64,000 nucleotides of DNA from assembly GCA_964016885.1 (NCBI GenBank), contig OZ024742.1, positions 240,126,001-240,190,000 of the forward strand. Reading direction: 5' to 3'. This stretch comes from Eledone cirrhosa (taxonomy: Eukaryota). This document shows, one piece after another, positions 24,140 through 38,262 of this stretch. Each line of letters opens with the position of its first letter. The stretch's first letter is position 1. Made by a program: the position numbers and the translations under genes. A model generated the notes under the pieces. The model did no database searches. It was not told the DNA's origin and was given only the letters and a program-made list of their open reading frames with translations.

Positions 24140-24850
24140 TTCGATTGCTTGTGTGTGTGTGCTTATCTCTCTACTTCTGTGCGTATATGTGTATATGCTT
24201 GTCTGTGCATGTGTGTATGTGTGTGCCCCCCCCTCTCTCTCTCTGTATATACTTCTGCGCGTGTATGTGTATATGCTTGTCTGTGCATGTGTGTGTATGT
24301 ATGCTTGTCTGTATATGCTCGCCATCGTGTCTGTATATGTCTCACTATATGCTCCTGTGTGCGAATGCTTGTCTTAGTGTATCTTTTCTATGTGTGCGTG
24401 TGCATGCTTTTCTGTGTATATGCACGCGCGTGTGTGTGCATGTCAGTGTGTGTGTGTTTGTTTTTTTTGTGTGTATGCTTTTATGCATGCAGGCATGTTT
24501 GGTGTATGTGCTTATCTGCGTATGTGTGTATATGCGTGCACACATGCAAATACATACACACTCAGATTCAGATACATACACGGGCACATGCTCAACTTTG
24601 TTTTCCCCCCCCCCCTCTCTCTCACATACACACATTATATTCTTTTCCTCTCTTCTCTCACCCTTGCAACACGATTACGTAATGCTGACATCATCTTGCA
24701 TCACAAACCCATAGATAACATGCAACTGTATAGCTGGCTGGCTGACTGACTTTTTGGGTGGCTGGCTGACTGACTGACTGGTTGGGTGGCTGGCTAGCTG
24801 GGTTGACGGACTGGCCGGCTTGGTGGCTAGCTGACTGACTAGTTGGCTGG
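24140..24850. repeat. Degenerate (TG)n-rich tract followed by (GGCT/GACT)n microsatellite
   Basis: Read directly from the sequence. Confidence 0.85.
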
Positions 24851-24954
24851 TTTTATCAAGTCACTGCTGTACATAACATTAAAAATGTGTGCAGTCAAGC
24901 AGTCAGTTACAAAATATAGTCTCATCGTTCTTACAGTATCTTATTAAAACTAGA

Positions 24955-25670
24955 ATTAAGAGTTTTAAGACCATCTTCTCTGCTACAGCATAGGTTAGCC
25001 TCATGGACCCCATCACAAACTTCCCCGTTTTCCCCAACCATCTGCATCCCCCTCCTCACCAACCTCCTAGCGTTTATTTCTCCTCCATCAGTTTTAGCTA
25101 TGTCTATCTTGATCTTCCACATTCAATTCCATTGCCCCGCTCACCCAGTAACTTCCATCCTTCTTTAACACATGATCCGACCATCTCATTCCATTTCTCT
25201 TTATAACATTCATCACTAGCTCCATTCTCATTTAGTCCTCTCACCCAGTCACTTTCATCCTTCCTCAGCACATGACCCAACCATCACAGTCCATTTCTCT
25301 TCACAACATTCACAACAGGCTCTATCCCTATCCTTCCTCAACACATGGCTCAACCATCTCATTCCATTTCTCTTCACAACAAACATTACTGATTTTATTC
25401 CTCTCATCCAGTCACTTCCATCCTTCCTCAACATATGATCCAACCAGCTCATTCAATTTCTCATCACAACATTGGCTCTATTCCCATCACCTAATTTCTT
25501 TCATCTGTCCTCAGTACATGTCCCAACGATCATATTCTATTTCTCTTCACAACACTCATCTTTGGCTCTACCCTCTCACCCAGTCACTTTCATCCTTCCT
25601 CAACACATGACCCAACCATCTCATTCCATTTCTCTTCACAACATTCATCACTAGCTCTACTCCCATCTCT
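24955..25670 (-). repeat. Second copy of the LINE-derived RWLGHVLRK tandem array (about 6 units)
   Basis: Repeated cttcctcaacacatgacccaaccatctcattccatttctc, the reverse complement of the 10900-11300 unit. Confidence 0.8.
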
Positions 25671-26237
25671 GCTCTACAATCCATTGTTTATCTTCCTCTC
25701 TCAGTGATACTCCACTCATTCACTCTTATTATAACTGACTGTATATAATAATACACACTGGCAACCACTTCAAGCTAGTTATCTCTCTGAATATCAATGT
25801 TAAGGATTGTGTTTATTATTAAATTCCTGTTGCACAACAAAATCCATCTATTGATAAACCAAACCAAAGCTAGAAATTACATGTGTGTGTGTATGCATAT
25901 ATGTATGTATGTGTATACACACATATTACACCATAAAAAAAAAAAATATCAAGCAGACTTCTATTAATGAGTTTTATCATTAAAATTGTTGTGTGTGTGG
26001 TGGTGGTGTAGTGAGGTGTGGTGTGCTGGGAGGGGTTGATAGTTTATTTAGGAAGATTAAATTTTTAGTTTCCCCTTTATGTTTCAGCACAGTACATGCA
26101 ATGTGAAAGAAAGAGTATACACACATTGCGTCAGAAAATGATCAAATCTGTGATACCCCTACCTCTAACTCATTTCCAGGGTAAATTATCGGGTATTCTT
26201 TATTCTGCTTTCAATCTCCTCTCTTATCATCATCGTC

Positions 26238-27985
26238 ATTATTATTATTATGTCATGCAGTGTAGATGCACCGGTGTATTTAGTCATTTGTCAAATTACA
26301 ACAATGACCTCAGACAGATAATGCTTTCCTTAAAATATGTTCAGTGCTTATTAGCAAGGCCGGTTTTTTTGTATGACACTAATCTTGCATGGTATTCCCT
26401 ACTGCTTTAAGAAGTATTGGAGTTTCAATGGGATTGACCTTAGTGCCCCAATTACAACTGATATCACTTTCACATTACCTTCTCCCATTCCAAACAGTCT
26501 TGCAATCTCTACTTTCAATTGGAATACTTGGTGATTTTTTTTTTTCAACCTCACTATTCGCAATATTCATACCATTTGATATGGCTATGTCAATGATCTG
26601 ACAGCATTTGTCCGGTTGGCGATGCTCAACTGCTCTATCAGAATATCATTGCTTTCTCATCCTCTTGCATTACTTTACAAGGCACATGCTCATACCAATT
26701 CGTTATTACTTTGTATTGGTATTTACGACATAAGGCAATGAAGGTACAAACAGACTTTATCATGGCAGTGCTTCTTTTTTGTGCAATCTCTCACATCCAC
26801 TTATCAAGTGGGTTACATTTTCCACATCCTTTTCACAAAGTCTGCATTTATGGATGTCAGAAATTTTGTAGATGTTATACATTACCAAATTGGTAGTAAG
26901 AGATTGGTCTTATGCTGCAGTTATAAGGCTTTCAGTGATACGCTTCAAATCACCTTGCTTAAGCATGATGTTGTTTATCCTTGATATCCTGGGTATTTTT
27001 TTCAAACTGCACGTGATTTCTCATTTCCAGATCTTCTTTTCTCTTCTCTTCAACTCTGGTCAAACTGCTGTATGTTGCAACAATTTACTGTTTACAAATA
27101 TTCTGCAAGCATTCTCTTTTTACGACTGGTACAATAATCCACACTGATCAAACCTCTACTACCATTCTTACTCTTCATATACAATCTGTTTATATTTGCT
27201 TTAGGGTGAACGCTCCATATAATGTCATTAACTTTCTTGTCTTTCAATCTAACTTTGATATTTTTTCTTCTGTCCACCTGAGAATAGATGCACTATATCT
27301 AACCACTGCAACTATATTCATTGCAGTGGCCAGATTTATTGCATTCAAACAGGATTTTAAAATAATTTTTACTCTTTTTAGATATACCTCTCTAACCTTT
27401 TCTTTCACTTCTGCATGTAAAATGTCAACATCATCATCATCATACGTCTGCTTTTCCCTGCTTGCAAGGGTGGGACAGAAACTGATTCTGGCTTGATTTC
27501 TACAGCTGGATGCCTTTCCTAACACCAACCTCATTTATAGTGAGTGCTGGGTGCTTTTTTCTGGTGGCGCCTACACGACCACTTTACAGTGTGGGCTGGG
27601 TGCTTTTTTGCCGTGGCACCTCCACGACCACTTTGCAGTGAAATGATAGGGACCCCAGTCCTATCATCTCATTTCTACAGCTGAGTAAACTGGAGCAATG
27701 TGAAATAAAGTGTCTTGCTCAAGGAAACAACAAGACAAGTTCTAAAATCCCCAATTACTTGTATCCACTATCTTCTGGTTCCCCTATGGTTTCTCCTTGT
27801 GACAGCGTTAATCCACTTCAGGCTGCTATCTTCCTTCTTTTCATTTTGAGCACAGATCATTTGGAGATCCAAAATTCCATACCAACGTCATTGCTACATA
27901 TCTGAACTATTTTAACCAAAGAATCTATCTGGTTTTCAGACTTACCTAACAGTGTCAGAACAGCCATAAACAGATGTTTTATGAA
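26238..27985 (-). mobile_element. Dong/R4-clade LINE, 5'-truncated and degenerate, interrupted by a family-A SINE
   Basis: Minus strand: HLFM..L.L.GKSE..I.SL...DVGMEF, YLKRVKIILKSCLN, HPKANINRLY..GSRGLIS, CCHC knuckle CRLCEKDVENVTHLISGC, endonuclease motifs RQPD..IIDIAI and VVIGAL, (TAA)n tail. Confidence 0.85.
27428..27733 (-). mobile_element. Family-A SINE lacking its tRNA head, nested in the Dong/R4 LINE
   Basis: Matches the family-A body and tail, with an extra 48-bp unit. Confidence 0.88.
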
Positions 27986-29907
27986 TGGTCCATAAGTGCA
28001 GCATGTGAAAAATATTTACAGTCAAGTCTGTGGGTCTCATATTGCAGGGGTTTTAAGTAGAAACAAAATTAAGGAAATTTTGAAATGGAAAATTTGTCCC
28101 CTTACATTTTTTATTAATTCACATTTCCCATTTAATATCATTTGTATATTCATGTTGATGAAAAGATAAATAGCAGCCTATCACTTGTATTGTATATTAG
28201 AATTGTAACTGGTGGAAATCAAGCCCTCCCCACTCATCTCAGTTTTGGTCCACTGTGCCTCCTCTCCAGGACATAATGACTCTTTTGAGTCCTTGCATTT
28301 AAGACCCATGCCGTATTGAATATTTCATCCCGTCTAACCCATGCTAGCATGGAAGATGGACATTAAACGATGAGAATGATGATGATGATGTATATACCCA
28401 TCCCTGACTGACATGAAAAGAAACATCATCATCATCAGCTTCAACTACAAATAAGAAAGTGTTTATGTACACACACATTTATCTTCTTTCATTCATCCAG
28501 TAATTAATATCCTTTGTTTTGATTTGTGTTTTCTTTACTTCTTGAAACTCATCTTGTTAGATTTTCCAACCTTCTCTTAAACATTTCCGAGTCTTAGCCG
28601 TCTATTATAATTTTATTCACATCTAAGTAATAAAAAAAAAATAAGGAAAGAACGCTTTAACACCCTGGTGGAGTTGTTGGGTTGCTAGCACACGGAATGT
28701 AACTAGGCATTTTAAACTTGGCAGGGCCCTTCCGTCTCCATGTTGGAACATACTTGAATTTTTTCAGAAAGAATGAGACATATGGGAAGAATCAACCCAG
28801 AACTGGAATGGTACTTTATTAATCTTAGCAGGATTTAAACTCTAAATGTAGTGAGCTGGAACTGATACTAAGGCAGTTTTAATCTGATGTTCTATCAACT
28901 CTACCAATTTGCCACTTTTGTTCATATTTAGGTGCATAATTAATGTGCTCAGCAAGGTTGTTGGTGTTAGGTAGGGCATCCAGGCACAGAAATTATGTCA
29001 TAGACAAGACAACTTCTCTAGCTGTGGTGCCATAAAAAATGCATACATTACACTCTAAAAAGCCATAGAAAACAGGGCAGTGAGGACTTTTCAGTTGCAT
29101 TAGGGACAAGGTAACCTCTCTAGTGATGGTGCCACAATAAAATACACCAAGTGCACTCTACAAAGTGTTCAGACGGTCAGCCAATCATAGAAACCATGCC
29201 AAATTGGAAAGTATCTGTGTGTAATGTAGTGCCCCAAACTATCTGGGAGAATAGTAAGTCTGATTTAATATTGACTTTGTCTGTAATGACCTGTCCAACC
29301 CATGCCAGCATGGAGGAACAGACATAAAATGATAATGATTTATAGGAATATTTAATTGACCTTACTACTTCACTAATACTTACTTTTATCAAGTTCCGGA
29401 AGGATGAAAACTGAAGTTGAAGCCTGTCATTATTTAAATTTGGAGCATCTTTTGAGTATGTGTGTGTGTGTGTCTGGGTGTACATGCACATGAGCACCCT
29501 GGTGTTTTTCTCAGTTTCGTTTGCATTAAGTGGGTGTGACACATTTCCTTTCTACTCTTTTAAAAAGTTGTTTTCATGTGAACCCCTAACCCAAAGGTTG
29601 TTCTAGTGTTACAATAAGCATCCTGTCAGTTCAAGAGTCTGCACCTCCAGTTGGTCAATCTGGTAGTTATTATCAACTTCAGAGGAATGAAAAGTTAACT
29701 CCTTTTATACCAAACCACCAAAAAACCACTGCTGCTTCTATAATGCTAAGCTGTTTATTTTTAAATGTTTACATGTATGTAAAACCTTCCATTGTAATTT
29801 TATGTAAGCAACCTTAAGTTATATTCCAAACTGCAGCTTAATAATCAGAAGTTTGTTATATTACTCAATCCTTCTAAGTTCTTGATTATTTTCAAAATTA
29901 TTGTTAA

Positions 29908-30106
29908 CTCTTAATATCCTAGAATGATTTAACAGAAAATATCTCAAAACACGGTTTGTTAATTCAAATGTGAACAGGCTGTTGTGAAAATTTGCTATAT
30001 TAGACTTAAAGACTTCAGTTTTTAATGTAAGGCCTTCATAGTGTTGTTTTATACTTTTCAAGAAAATCATAGTAGTGTGGTTTGATGCAGTACAGGATGT
30101 TAAGTG
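29908..30106. mobile_element. TTAA MITE, family 3
   Basis: TTAA|ctcttaatatcct...aggatgttaagtg|TTAA. Homologous, inverted, to 41970-42165. Confidence 0.7.
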
Positions 30107-30792
30107 TTAATATATTACAGTGAAAATAGTTCACTATAATCTCTTCTCCTACAAGATTGGCTTTGTGCCTAGTCAATGAAAAAGGACATTGCTGAAAGGG
30201 AAAAAAATGTTGGCTAGGTGTCATTAAAAATAAATAAATTCCTATTATGAGAAACCTTTCAGTGTAATATTTTATGTAAAAATGAAAACAAAAAAGAACA
30301 ACTATATATGATATTAATTAGCAGTAACACTAATACAGCGTGATTCATAATAGAGACCTATATGGAACCATAATATGTTTATGTAATATAAACATACATA
30401 AGTCTCACTAGGAATATTTCAAGCTGTGATCATGTCACAACTACGTTTGTAACTGCATGAGAACTGTTTATTACATTATATTTGGTAAGTTTTTCAGTAT
30501 TTGTGATACACTAAATCCTATTCTCTTACTAATCATAACGAAAAACAATGCTTATAATTTTTTTACTCATTTTGAAAATAATCACAAATTTGTGAGGACT
30601 TAGTAAAATAACAATTTAGCTGATATTTGGAGCACAAATTAATGACGGTTCTTGCATAAAATTATCATGGAAGGCTGAGGTGTTTTTTTTTTATATATAA
30701 ATACAAAACACTTTAAAATAAGCAGTTTTGTATCAGAGAACCAAGAGCAGTGTCTCGTGTGGTTTGATATGAAAAGGGTTAAACAAGGAAAC

Positions 30793-31075
30793 ATCATCAT
30801 CATCATCATCGTTTAACGTCCATCTTCCACGCTTGCATGGGTTTGGACGGGAGTTTTCCCACTTGAGGCAAGAGTGGTTGTCTTGCTTGCATAGGACTGT
30901 CTGGCAGGTTTTCTACAGCTGGATGCCCTTCCTAACACCAACCACGTTTACAGTGTGGACTGGGAGGTTTTTACCGTGTTACCTACACGGCCACATTACA
31001 GCGTGGACTGTGTTTTTTTTTTGTCGTGACACCTACACGACCTCATTTGTTTCGGACTGGATGTTGTGGTACCAA
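30793..31075 (-). mobile_element. RTE 3'-UTR-derived element without a tRNA head
   Basis: ggttggtgttaggaagggcatccagctgtagaaa motif, ...catgcaagcgtggaagatggacgttaaacga end and (GAT)n tail. Confidence 0.75.
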
Positions 31076-31414
31076 CATAACTTTACATTGAAAGGGGTGG
31101 TGTGGATGGGGTGGGAGTAGTGGGACAGGGGTGTATTTTGTTAGAGGTGCCTACTGATTGTAGTAGGTTTCACTTTGTACTTAGGTAAGGCGGGTCTTCT
31201 GTATTATATTATATTTAAATTAATTTATATGAGATTGTAATGTTCATTAAAATGTCATTATTTTATTCTTCTATTTGTTTCAGTCACGATATAGTTATAA
31301 TCCTACTTACCTCCCCCACCATATCCCCCTTCTATAGGGTAGAAAGGACTCTTCATTGACATTATCTGTTAAGGAACAAAGGGTAACAACAATTAAAGTA
31401 AGGCACCCACATAT

Positions 31415-31690
31415 ATCAGGTAGAGAAGACTGCATTGGTATGAACATGTGATGCATATGGATGATTATCTTTGAATGAAGAAGTGTTAAGAAATCCCAAT
31501 GGATGGGTGCTACAGTAGAGAGAGGCCAAGGAAGACCAGGGCTGAGATGGTAAGAGCTGATATCAAATCACTGAAGCTCACAGTCAAGATGGTGAAGGAC
31601 TGCAATGAGTGGAAGGATGCTGTACTGGAAAAGACATGTCTAACCCATGCAAGCATGGAAAAACAGATGTATAACAGTGATGATGATGAT
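31415..31690 (+). mobile_element. RTE LINE 3' fragment
   Basis: RRLHWY.HVM, RPRKT and KTCLTHASME motifs; (GAT)n tail. Confidence 0.8.
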
Positions 31691-33125
31691 AAAAGGGCAC
31701 TTCATTTTGTGAAGTGACTTTTACAGGACTAGTCATGTTTTTGTTTTGTAGTGAAAATTTCATTCGTCATTGACTGAAAGAATGAAACAGTAAAACAATA
31801 GATAAACTACTATAAGTTGATTTTAACCATATTTGATAGATTGCAGAGGAATCATTTTCAGTCGCAGTAATTTGTCATTTCAATAAGCCACACAACAATT
31901 TGTATTATGTGTAAGTGAATTGGCAGCAGTATTTGTTCTGGCTTTTTACATTCTGAGTTCAAATTCCACTGAAATTAGCTTTGCCTTTCATCCTTATGGG
32001 ATCGATAAAATAAAGTACCAGTAATGCACTCGGGTCGATTTAATCAATTTTCCCCTCCACCAAAATTGTTGGCCCTGTGCCTAAATCAGAAACCATTATG
32101 TATAGGCTCAATCATTAACACATCATACAGTATTTCATTACAGGCTTCTTTCTATCTTCTGAGTTCAAATCTAGCTGAGGTCAACTTTGCTTTTCATCCT
32201 TCTGGAGCTGATAAAATAAAGCACTGGCCAACTACTAAAGTCAGTTTCTCGACTTACTCTTCTTCTCCAAAAAACTGCTGGCCTTATGCCTAAATTAGAT
32301 ATCACACATGCACACACATTCATATAAAAAATTAGTGTGACCAGTCGGAGTGTCTTTAGTACTTGCTAGTTGTGAACTAATTATAATTTTCTTGTTTGTA
32401 ACCCTTTCAACACTAAACTGCCTGAAACTTCCCCTGGTTTTATGATACAAAGCTGTATATTTTAAAGTATTTGTAATTATGTAAAAACATTTCATCATAA
32501 TTTTATGTAAGAACATTTCTTAAGTTGCTGTAAAAACCAGCTTATTAATGAGAAAGTTAGTTATATTACTAAATCTTTCCAAATACTTGATTATTTTCAA
32601 AATTATTTGAAAATCATAGTCAGTATCTTTCATTAGTAATATGGTAATGAAAGAGTTAACCAAATTTAATAGATTTTCAGTTACAACAATTTGTAATTTC
32701 AATAAACATATAACAATTCATATTACTTGAAATGTAATCATCCCAACACAAATGAGTTAACCATTACACTAAAAGGTCACAAATTACTATATTTTCAAAG
32801 CCTGTAGCTAGGAGTTTGAATATCCAGTTAAGAAACCACTTGAAATGTAGTCCTCCTGACTTGACTACAATAATGGTTTCTGATTTAAGCACAAGACTAA
32901 CAATTTGAGGGGAGAGGAAAGTTCATTAAATCAATCCCAGTGCGTTACTGGTACTTTATTTTATCAGACCCATTAGGATAAAAGGCAAAGCTAACCATGG
33001 CAGGTTTTGAACTCAAAACATAAAGGGCTGTAAATCTATGCCGCAAAGCATGTTGTTCAACACTCCACCAATACTGCCAATCCACTGCCATGACTACAAT
33101 AATAATAGTTGATCATTATAAATAG

Positions 33126-33320
33126 CTAGCAGAAGAACTGCCCTTCGGGTGGTTTTCTGCTAGCATATATAGTGTGTATATTGATATACGCAAATATATA
33201 TGCACATAGATATAATATGTAAATTGACAATATGCACATAAACTGAACAAAGACTGTGTTGCACTTACTTCTGTAATCAGTAAAGTAATCCATGATACAT
33301 TTTAAAAAAAGGCGATAATG
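33126..33320 (-). mobile_element. Helitron 3' terminus
   Basis: Reverse complement of the 3' part of 2385-3446, with hairpin and terminal CTAG. Confidence 0.8.
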
Positions 33321-33639
33321 GAGATGGAAAAGCGATGAAACTGTTGACGGAAAATGTTCATAAATCTTCACTTGAGAATGTCAATGGGAAGCTTCAAGCA
33401 GTGAATTTGAAAATAGATGCTGCTGGTATGAATGAATGAATTACATTTACCAATATGAAGAGTTGACCTTCGCTATATTGTTGTTTTATTGTATTCACAT
33501 ATAGACTTCTTAAGTTTTTGTTGTGTCCCTTTTCTCGCAGTTAAAAAGTAACTGAAATGCATTTCAACTAAAAGAGAGTGATAGCTGTTTCACATCACTG
33601 TAGAATTTCTTTGTAGACACAGTTGTCAGCAAACAGACC

Positions 33640-34400
33640 CCTTTCAGGGACAGCCTCACAATTGATGTGACACTGATATCTCAATGAGAGGAAAGGGTTG
33701 TATGAAACAATCCAACGATTATCAACAGTAAATTCTTGACCTTTAAGTTGGATGGTATGGGTGCGACCACCATGCTGTCTATCCCTTCTTCTATACTCCG
33801 GAAAGAAATTTTCGGTAACAAATGTGGTTTGTCTGAATGCCTTGGGATAACTTTTTGAGCAATGGCGTTGTTGTCCTAGCCCTTCCATACATGAGCACAT
33901 CATATTAGCTTGTCCACATGGGCCATGAATGTTGCAGGATGTGATGATCTTATGCAGAATTTAATTGGTCTCTTTATCAGGAATCTCACAGTACACTACC
34001 TGATCAATGGAATCAGCAGTTTTGGGCTTGCTATCTTCAGCCATTATCAGCAGAATATGAGCATGAGTGAGGCCTTGTTTTCTGCCACTCTATTGTAGCA
34101 GAATGAGCCACAACCTTTCCTAGGACATTTTTTTTCAGTATGTCATCCATGAGGCTGTCATACTTGATCTTGAAGATTCTTGCATGAATATCAGGACAGT
34201 CTCTAGGTTCTTCACTAGGGTGCAAACTATTTTTTTATTTTTTATTTCAATTAGGGTTAGTTGTTACCGTGATGAAATAAGATGGCTTTCCCATGTGTCG
34301 AACCACAGTCATCGAATTCTGAAAGCACTCACTGTAGAAGCGAGGGTAACCATAGATTGAAGGAGGAAGAACAATTCTCCAGCCTGCACTTGTTTCAGAC
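33640..34400 (-). pseudogene. Helitron Rep (HUH rolling-circle initiator) domain relic
   Basis: RIVLPPS.YG.PRFY...HMGKPSYFITVTTNPN; PDIHARIFKIK...IEWQK leading into a frameshifted HUH motif; CSKSYPK...PEYRRR...VDNRWIVSYNPFLSLRYQCHINCE. Confidence 0.9.
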
Positions 34401-34834
34401 GTTAGAATGTGCCCATGCTGGGGTACCACAATTAAAGGATTTTCTTGACCTCAATTCCAGTACATATATTTTAAAATCTAGTACTTATTTTATTGATCTC
34501 TTCTATTCTCTTTGAAACGTGTGTGTGTCTATGTGTTCATATGTATGATGGTACCCTATCCCTTGCGACAAGGATTCTTCCAGCTAGGTTTCTCAAATGG
34601 AACTGCCTGAAATTAAGGTGAGGGTGTCTGAGAATTCCATAGGCATGTATAACGGAGGGGTTCAGGGTGGGACTACATTGGTTCTTCAACTTACTGGCAG
34701 AGTACACTTTTTTTTACTTCAGTGGAGAGAAGATGGGATTCAAACTCTCAACATTACAATCACGAGACGCACACACATATGCACACATACACAGATACAG
34801 TAACACACATAGGTAAACAGATACACACACACAT

Positions 34835-35175
34835 ATCATCATCATCATCATCATCATCATTTTACGTCCGCTTTTCCCTGCTTGCAAGGGTGGGACGGGA
34901 ACTGATTCTGGTTTGATTTCTACAGCTGGATGCCCTTTCTAACACCAACCTCATTTACAGTGTGTGCTGGGTGCTTTTTACCATGGCACCTCCACGACCA
35001 CTTTGCAGTGGAATGATAGGGACCCCAGTCCCTATCATCTCATTTCTACAACTGAGTAAACTGGAGCAATGTGAAATAAAGTGTCTTGCTCAAGGCACAT
35101 CACCCGGTCTGAGAATTGAACTCACAACCTTTCGATTGCAAGGCCAATGCTCTAACCACTAAGCCATGTGCCTTC
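34835..35175 (-). mobile_element. Family-A SINE
   Basis: Matches family A. Confidence 0.9.
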
Positions 35176-35639
35176 ATATACACATAAACACACCACACAC
35201 ATATATATATATACATGTATGAGTGAGTCTATGTACTTATGCAATGGTAAAAAGAATATACACCTGTAGATTGAATCATTGGTACTGTAGTAAATTATCC
35301 TTTCTTTATTTCCACTCTTCACATACATACACACAGCCACATATACAGATAACTACACTATTGTCTACCTACCTATATATCTATGTATCAATCTATCTGT
35401 CTACCTGCCAACCTACTTGTCTATCTACCTCTCTCTCTCTCTATCTCTCTCTCTCTATCTCTCTCTCTTTCTCTCTCTCTCTCTGTATTCTAGAGAGTGT
35501 GTCCGTTAGATGTATAATTGCATTTCAAGAATTACAAAGAATTTGCAAGTTACTTCATCCGGAGAGAATTAATAACAGCTTCACTAACCTCGGAAGACGA
35601 TTTGTGTGCGGTATATATGTGTGACTATATAAATATATG

Positions 35640-38050
35640 AGATATTCAATGTAGAAGAGCACTGGGAGTTCCTAAAAAATAACTAACTAGAGGCAACCGA
35701 TGAGATCTGTGGCTGGAGTAAGACCACAAGCAGGAGGAGAATGACTTGGTGGTGGAACAATAAGGTAGATGAGGCAGTTAAGGCCAAGAGACAGGCATGG
35801 AAAGAATGGAAGAACGGGGGAAGCAGGGTACATTACATAGAGACCAAGAGGTAAGCTAGGCGACAAGTATACTTAGCTAGGAGGGAAGCAGAAGATAGAA
35901 AATTCAAGCATGTTTTGCAACGTGAGGACCAGAAACAGGAGGTGTTCAAGATTGCGAGGCAGTGTGTCAGAGAGAATTGTGATGTCATTGGAGAGAAGTG
36001 TATCCGGAATGATAAAGGTGAGCTTGCCCTCACAAGTGCTGAGAAGAAAGATGCATGGAAGAGTCATTATGATAGATTACTAAATGAGGAGAATGCATGG
36101 GAAGAAGAGACCCTACCCCAAGTAGACCCTATAGAGGGGCCAGCAGTACAAGTCAGCAGCAACGTAGTAAGTAAGGCAATCAAAGATATGAAGATGGGGA
36201 AGGAAACCGGTCCATCGGGTATAGCTGCCGAGATGCTGAAGGCATCTAGGTCTGTAGGTCACACTATAACCACACGTATTGTTAACCAGGTAATACTAGA
36301 AGGTGTCATACCAAAAGATTGGTGCAGTAGCATCATTGTCAACTGCTACAAAGGTAAAGGTGATGTACTAGATAGACGAAACTATAGAGGTATAAAGCTG
36401 ATGGACCAGGTCATGAAAGTAACAGAAAGAGTTATAGCACAGTTGATTAGGGACCGGGTGAAACTAGATGAGATGCAATTTGGGTTTGTACCAGGAAGAG
36501 GCACCACTGATGCCCTCTTCCTTGTGAGGCACTTACAGGAAAAGTACCTAGCTAAAAGTAAGCCACTCTACCTGGCATTCGTCGATCTCGAGAAAGCCTT
36601 TGACAGAGTTCCACGTGCTATAATCTGGTGGGCTCTTAGAAAACTAGGAGCAGATAAATGGCTTGTGAAAGCTGTACAAGCCATGTATAGGGGAGCAGTC
36701 AGCAAAGTTAGGATTAGCAATGAGTATAGCGAGGAATTTAGCGTACAGGTTGGTGTCCACCAGGGCTCTGTTCTTAGCCCTCTCCTGTTCATCATAGTCC
36801 TGCAGACAATAACAGAGGAGTTTAAGACCAGATGCCCATGGGAACTACTGTATGCAGATGACCTCGCACTTATAGCTGAATCTATGGTAGAATTAGAGAA
36901 GAAATTCCAAACTTAGAAGCAGGGACTAGAAAGAAAGGGTCTCAAAGTCAACCTGACAAAGACTAAGGTCCTTGTAAGTAGACGAGAAAACAGAACCCAG
37001 ATCCCCTCAGGGAAATGGCTTTGCTCGGTATGTAGGAAAGGTGTAGGTAGGAACTCCATTCTCTGCCCCAAATGCAAACAATGGATACACAAGAGATGTA
37101 GTGGGATCTCAGGAAGCTTAATTAAGAATGTAGGCTTCACATGGGACAGCAAGCATCAAACAGCCACAGGAAACAAGTACCACCAATCTCTGGGAGGGCT
37201 CTGTAGAAACAGTAGACAGCTTCTGCTACCTAGGTGACCGAATTAGCAGCGGAGGTGGGTGTTCAGAAAGTACAATAACTAGGGTAAGAACAGGATGGAA
37301 GAAGTTCAGGGAACTACTGCCACTGCTAGCTGCAAAAGGCTTTTCCCTCAAAATGAAAGGCAGACTGTATGATGCGTGCATACGAATAACAATGTTACAT
37401 GGTAGAGAGACCTGGGTGCTGAAGGTGGAAGACTTACGTAGATTAGAAAGAAACGAAGCCTGCATGCTCCGATGGATGTGTAATAGTAATATACACGAAC
37501 GGCAAAGCATAAATGAATTGAGAGAGAGACTGAGCATAAGAGGAATCAAATGCTGTGTGCAGGAGAGGCGGTTGCATTGGTATGGACATGTGATGCGTAT
37601 GAAGGATGACAGCTGCATAAAAAGGTGCAGAGCACTAGAAGTCAATGGGAACAATGAGTGGGGAGACCCAGGAAGACCTGGGATGAGGTGATAAAAGCCG
37701 ACCTTACCCAACTACACCTCTCAAAGGCGATGACACATGACCGTGACCTCTGGCGCCACACAGTAATGCAGAGTACTCAACCTCCCATGGGTACAAGCTG
37801 AAGCATATTGACAATATGCCCCCACACCCTCCCACTGCAAAGTGGTCGTGGCGGTACCACGGAAAAAAAGCACCCAGCACTCACTGTAAATGAGGTTGGT
37901 GTTAGGAAGGGCATCCAGCTGTAGAAATCAAGCCAAAATCAGTTCCTGTATGAGCAAGGCATGGTCAGCCGACCAGACACTGCCCACAACAGGACAACCC
38001 GTCTAACCCATGCTAGCATGGAAGAACGGACGTAAAACGGTGATGATGAT
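35640..38050 (+). mobile_element. RTE-clade LINE (subfamily B), 5'-truncated, with long 3' UTR
   Basis: ORF 35915-36916 has NYRGIKL, QFGFVPGRGTTDA, FVDLEKAFDRV, QGSVLSP and YADD. Stops and frameshifts follow; RRLHWYGHVMR; (GAT)n tail. Confidence 0.95.
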
Positions 38051-38051
38051 G

Positions 38052-38262
38052 CGCATGCGCAGTATGAACCATCCTTCGCGCATGCGCAGTTCAGACCAGC
38101 CTTCGCGCATGCACAGTACGGACCAGCCCTCGCTCATGCGCAGTATGGACCAGCCTTCGCGCATGCACAGCACGGACCAGCACTCGTGCATGCGCACTTC
38201 AGACCAGACTTTGCGCAGTACGGACCAGACTTCGCGCATGCGCAGTTCGGACCAGCCTTCGC
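38052..38262 (+). repeat. GC-rich 27-bp minisatellite, about 8 units (cgcatgcgcagtacggaccagccttcg)
   Basis: Head-to-tail units with no spacers. Confidence 0.92.

Noticed and set aside
24052-24749. Long Cys/Val-rich ORFs in several frames
   Set aside because: These are translations of a (TG)n-rich low-complexity tract.
38052-38262. CRISPR-like array of 27-bp repeats
   Set aside because: Units are head-to-tail with no unique spacers, there are no cas genes, and the context is eukaryotic.
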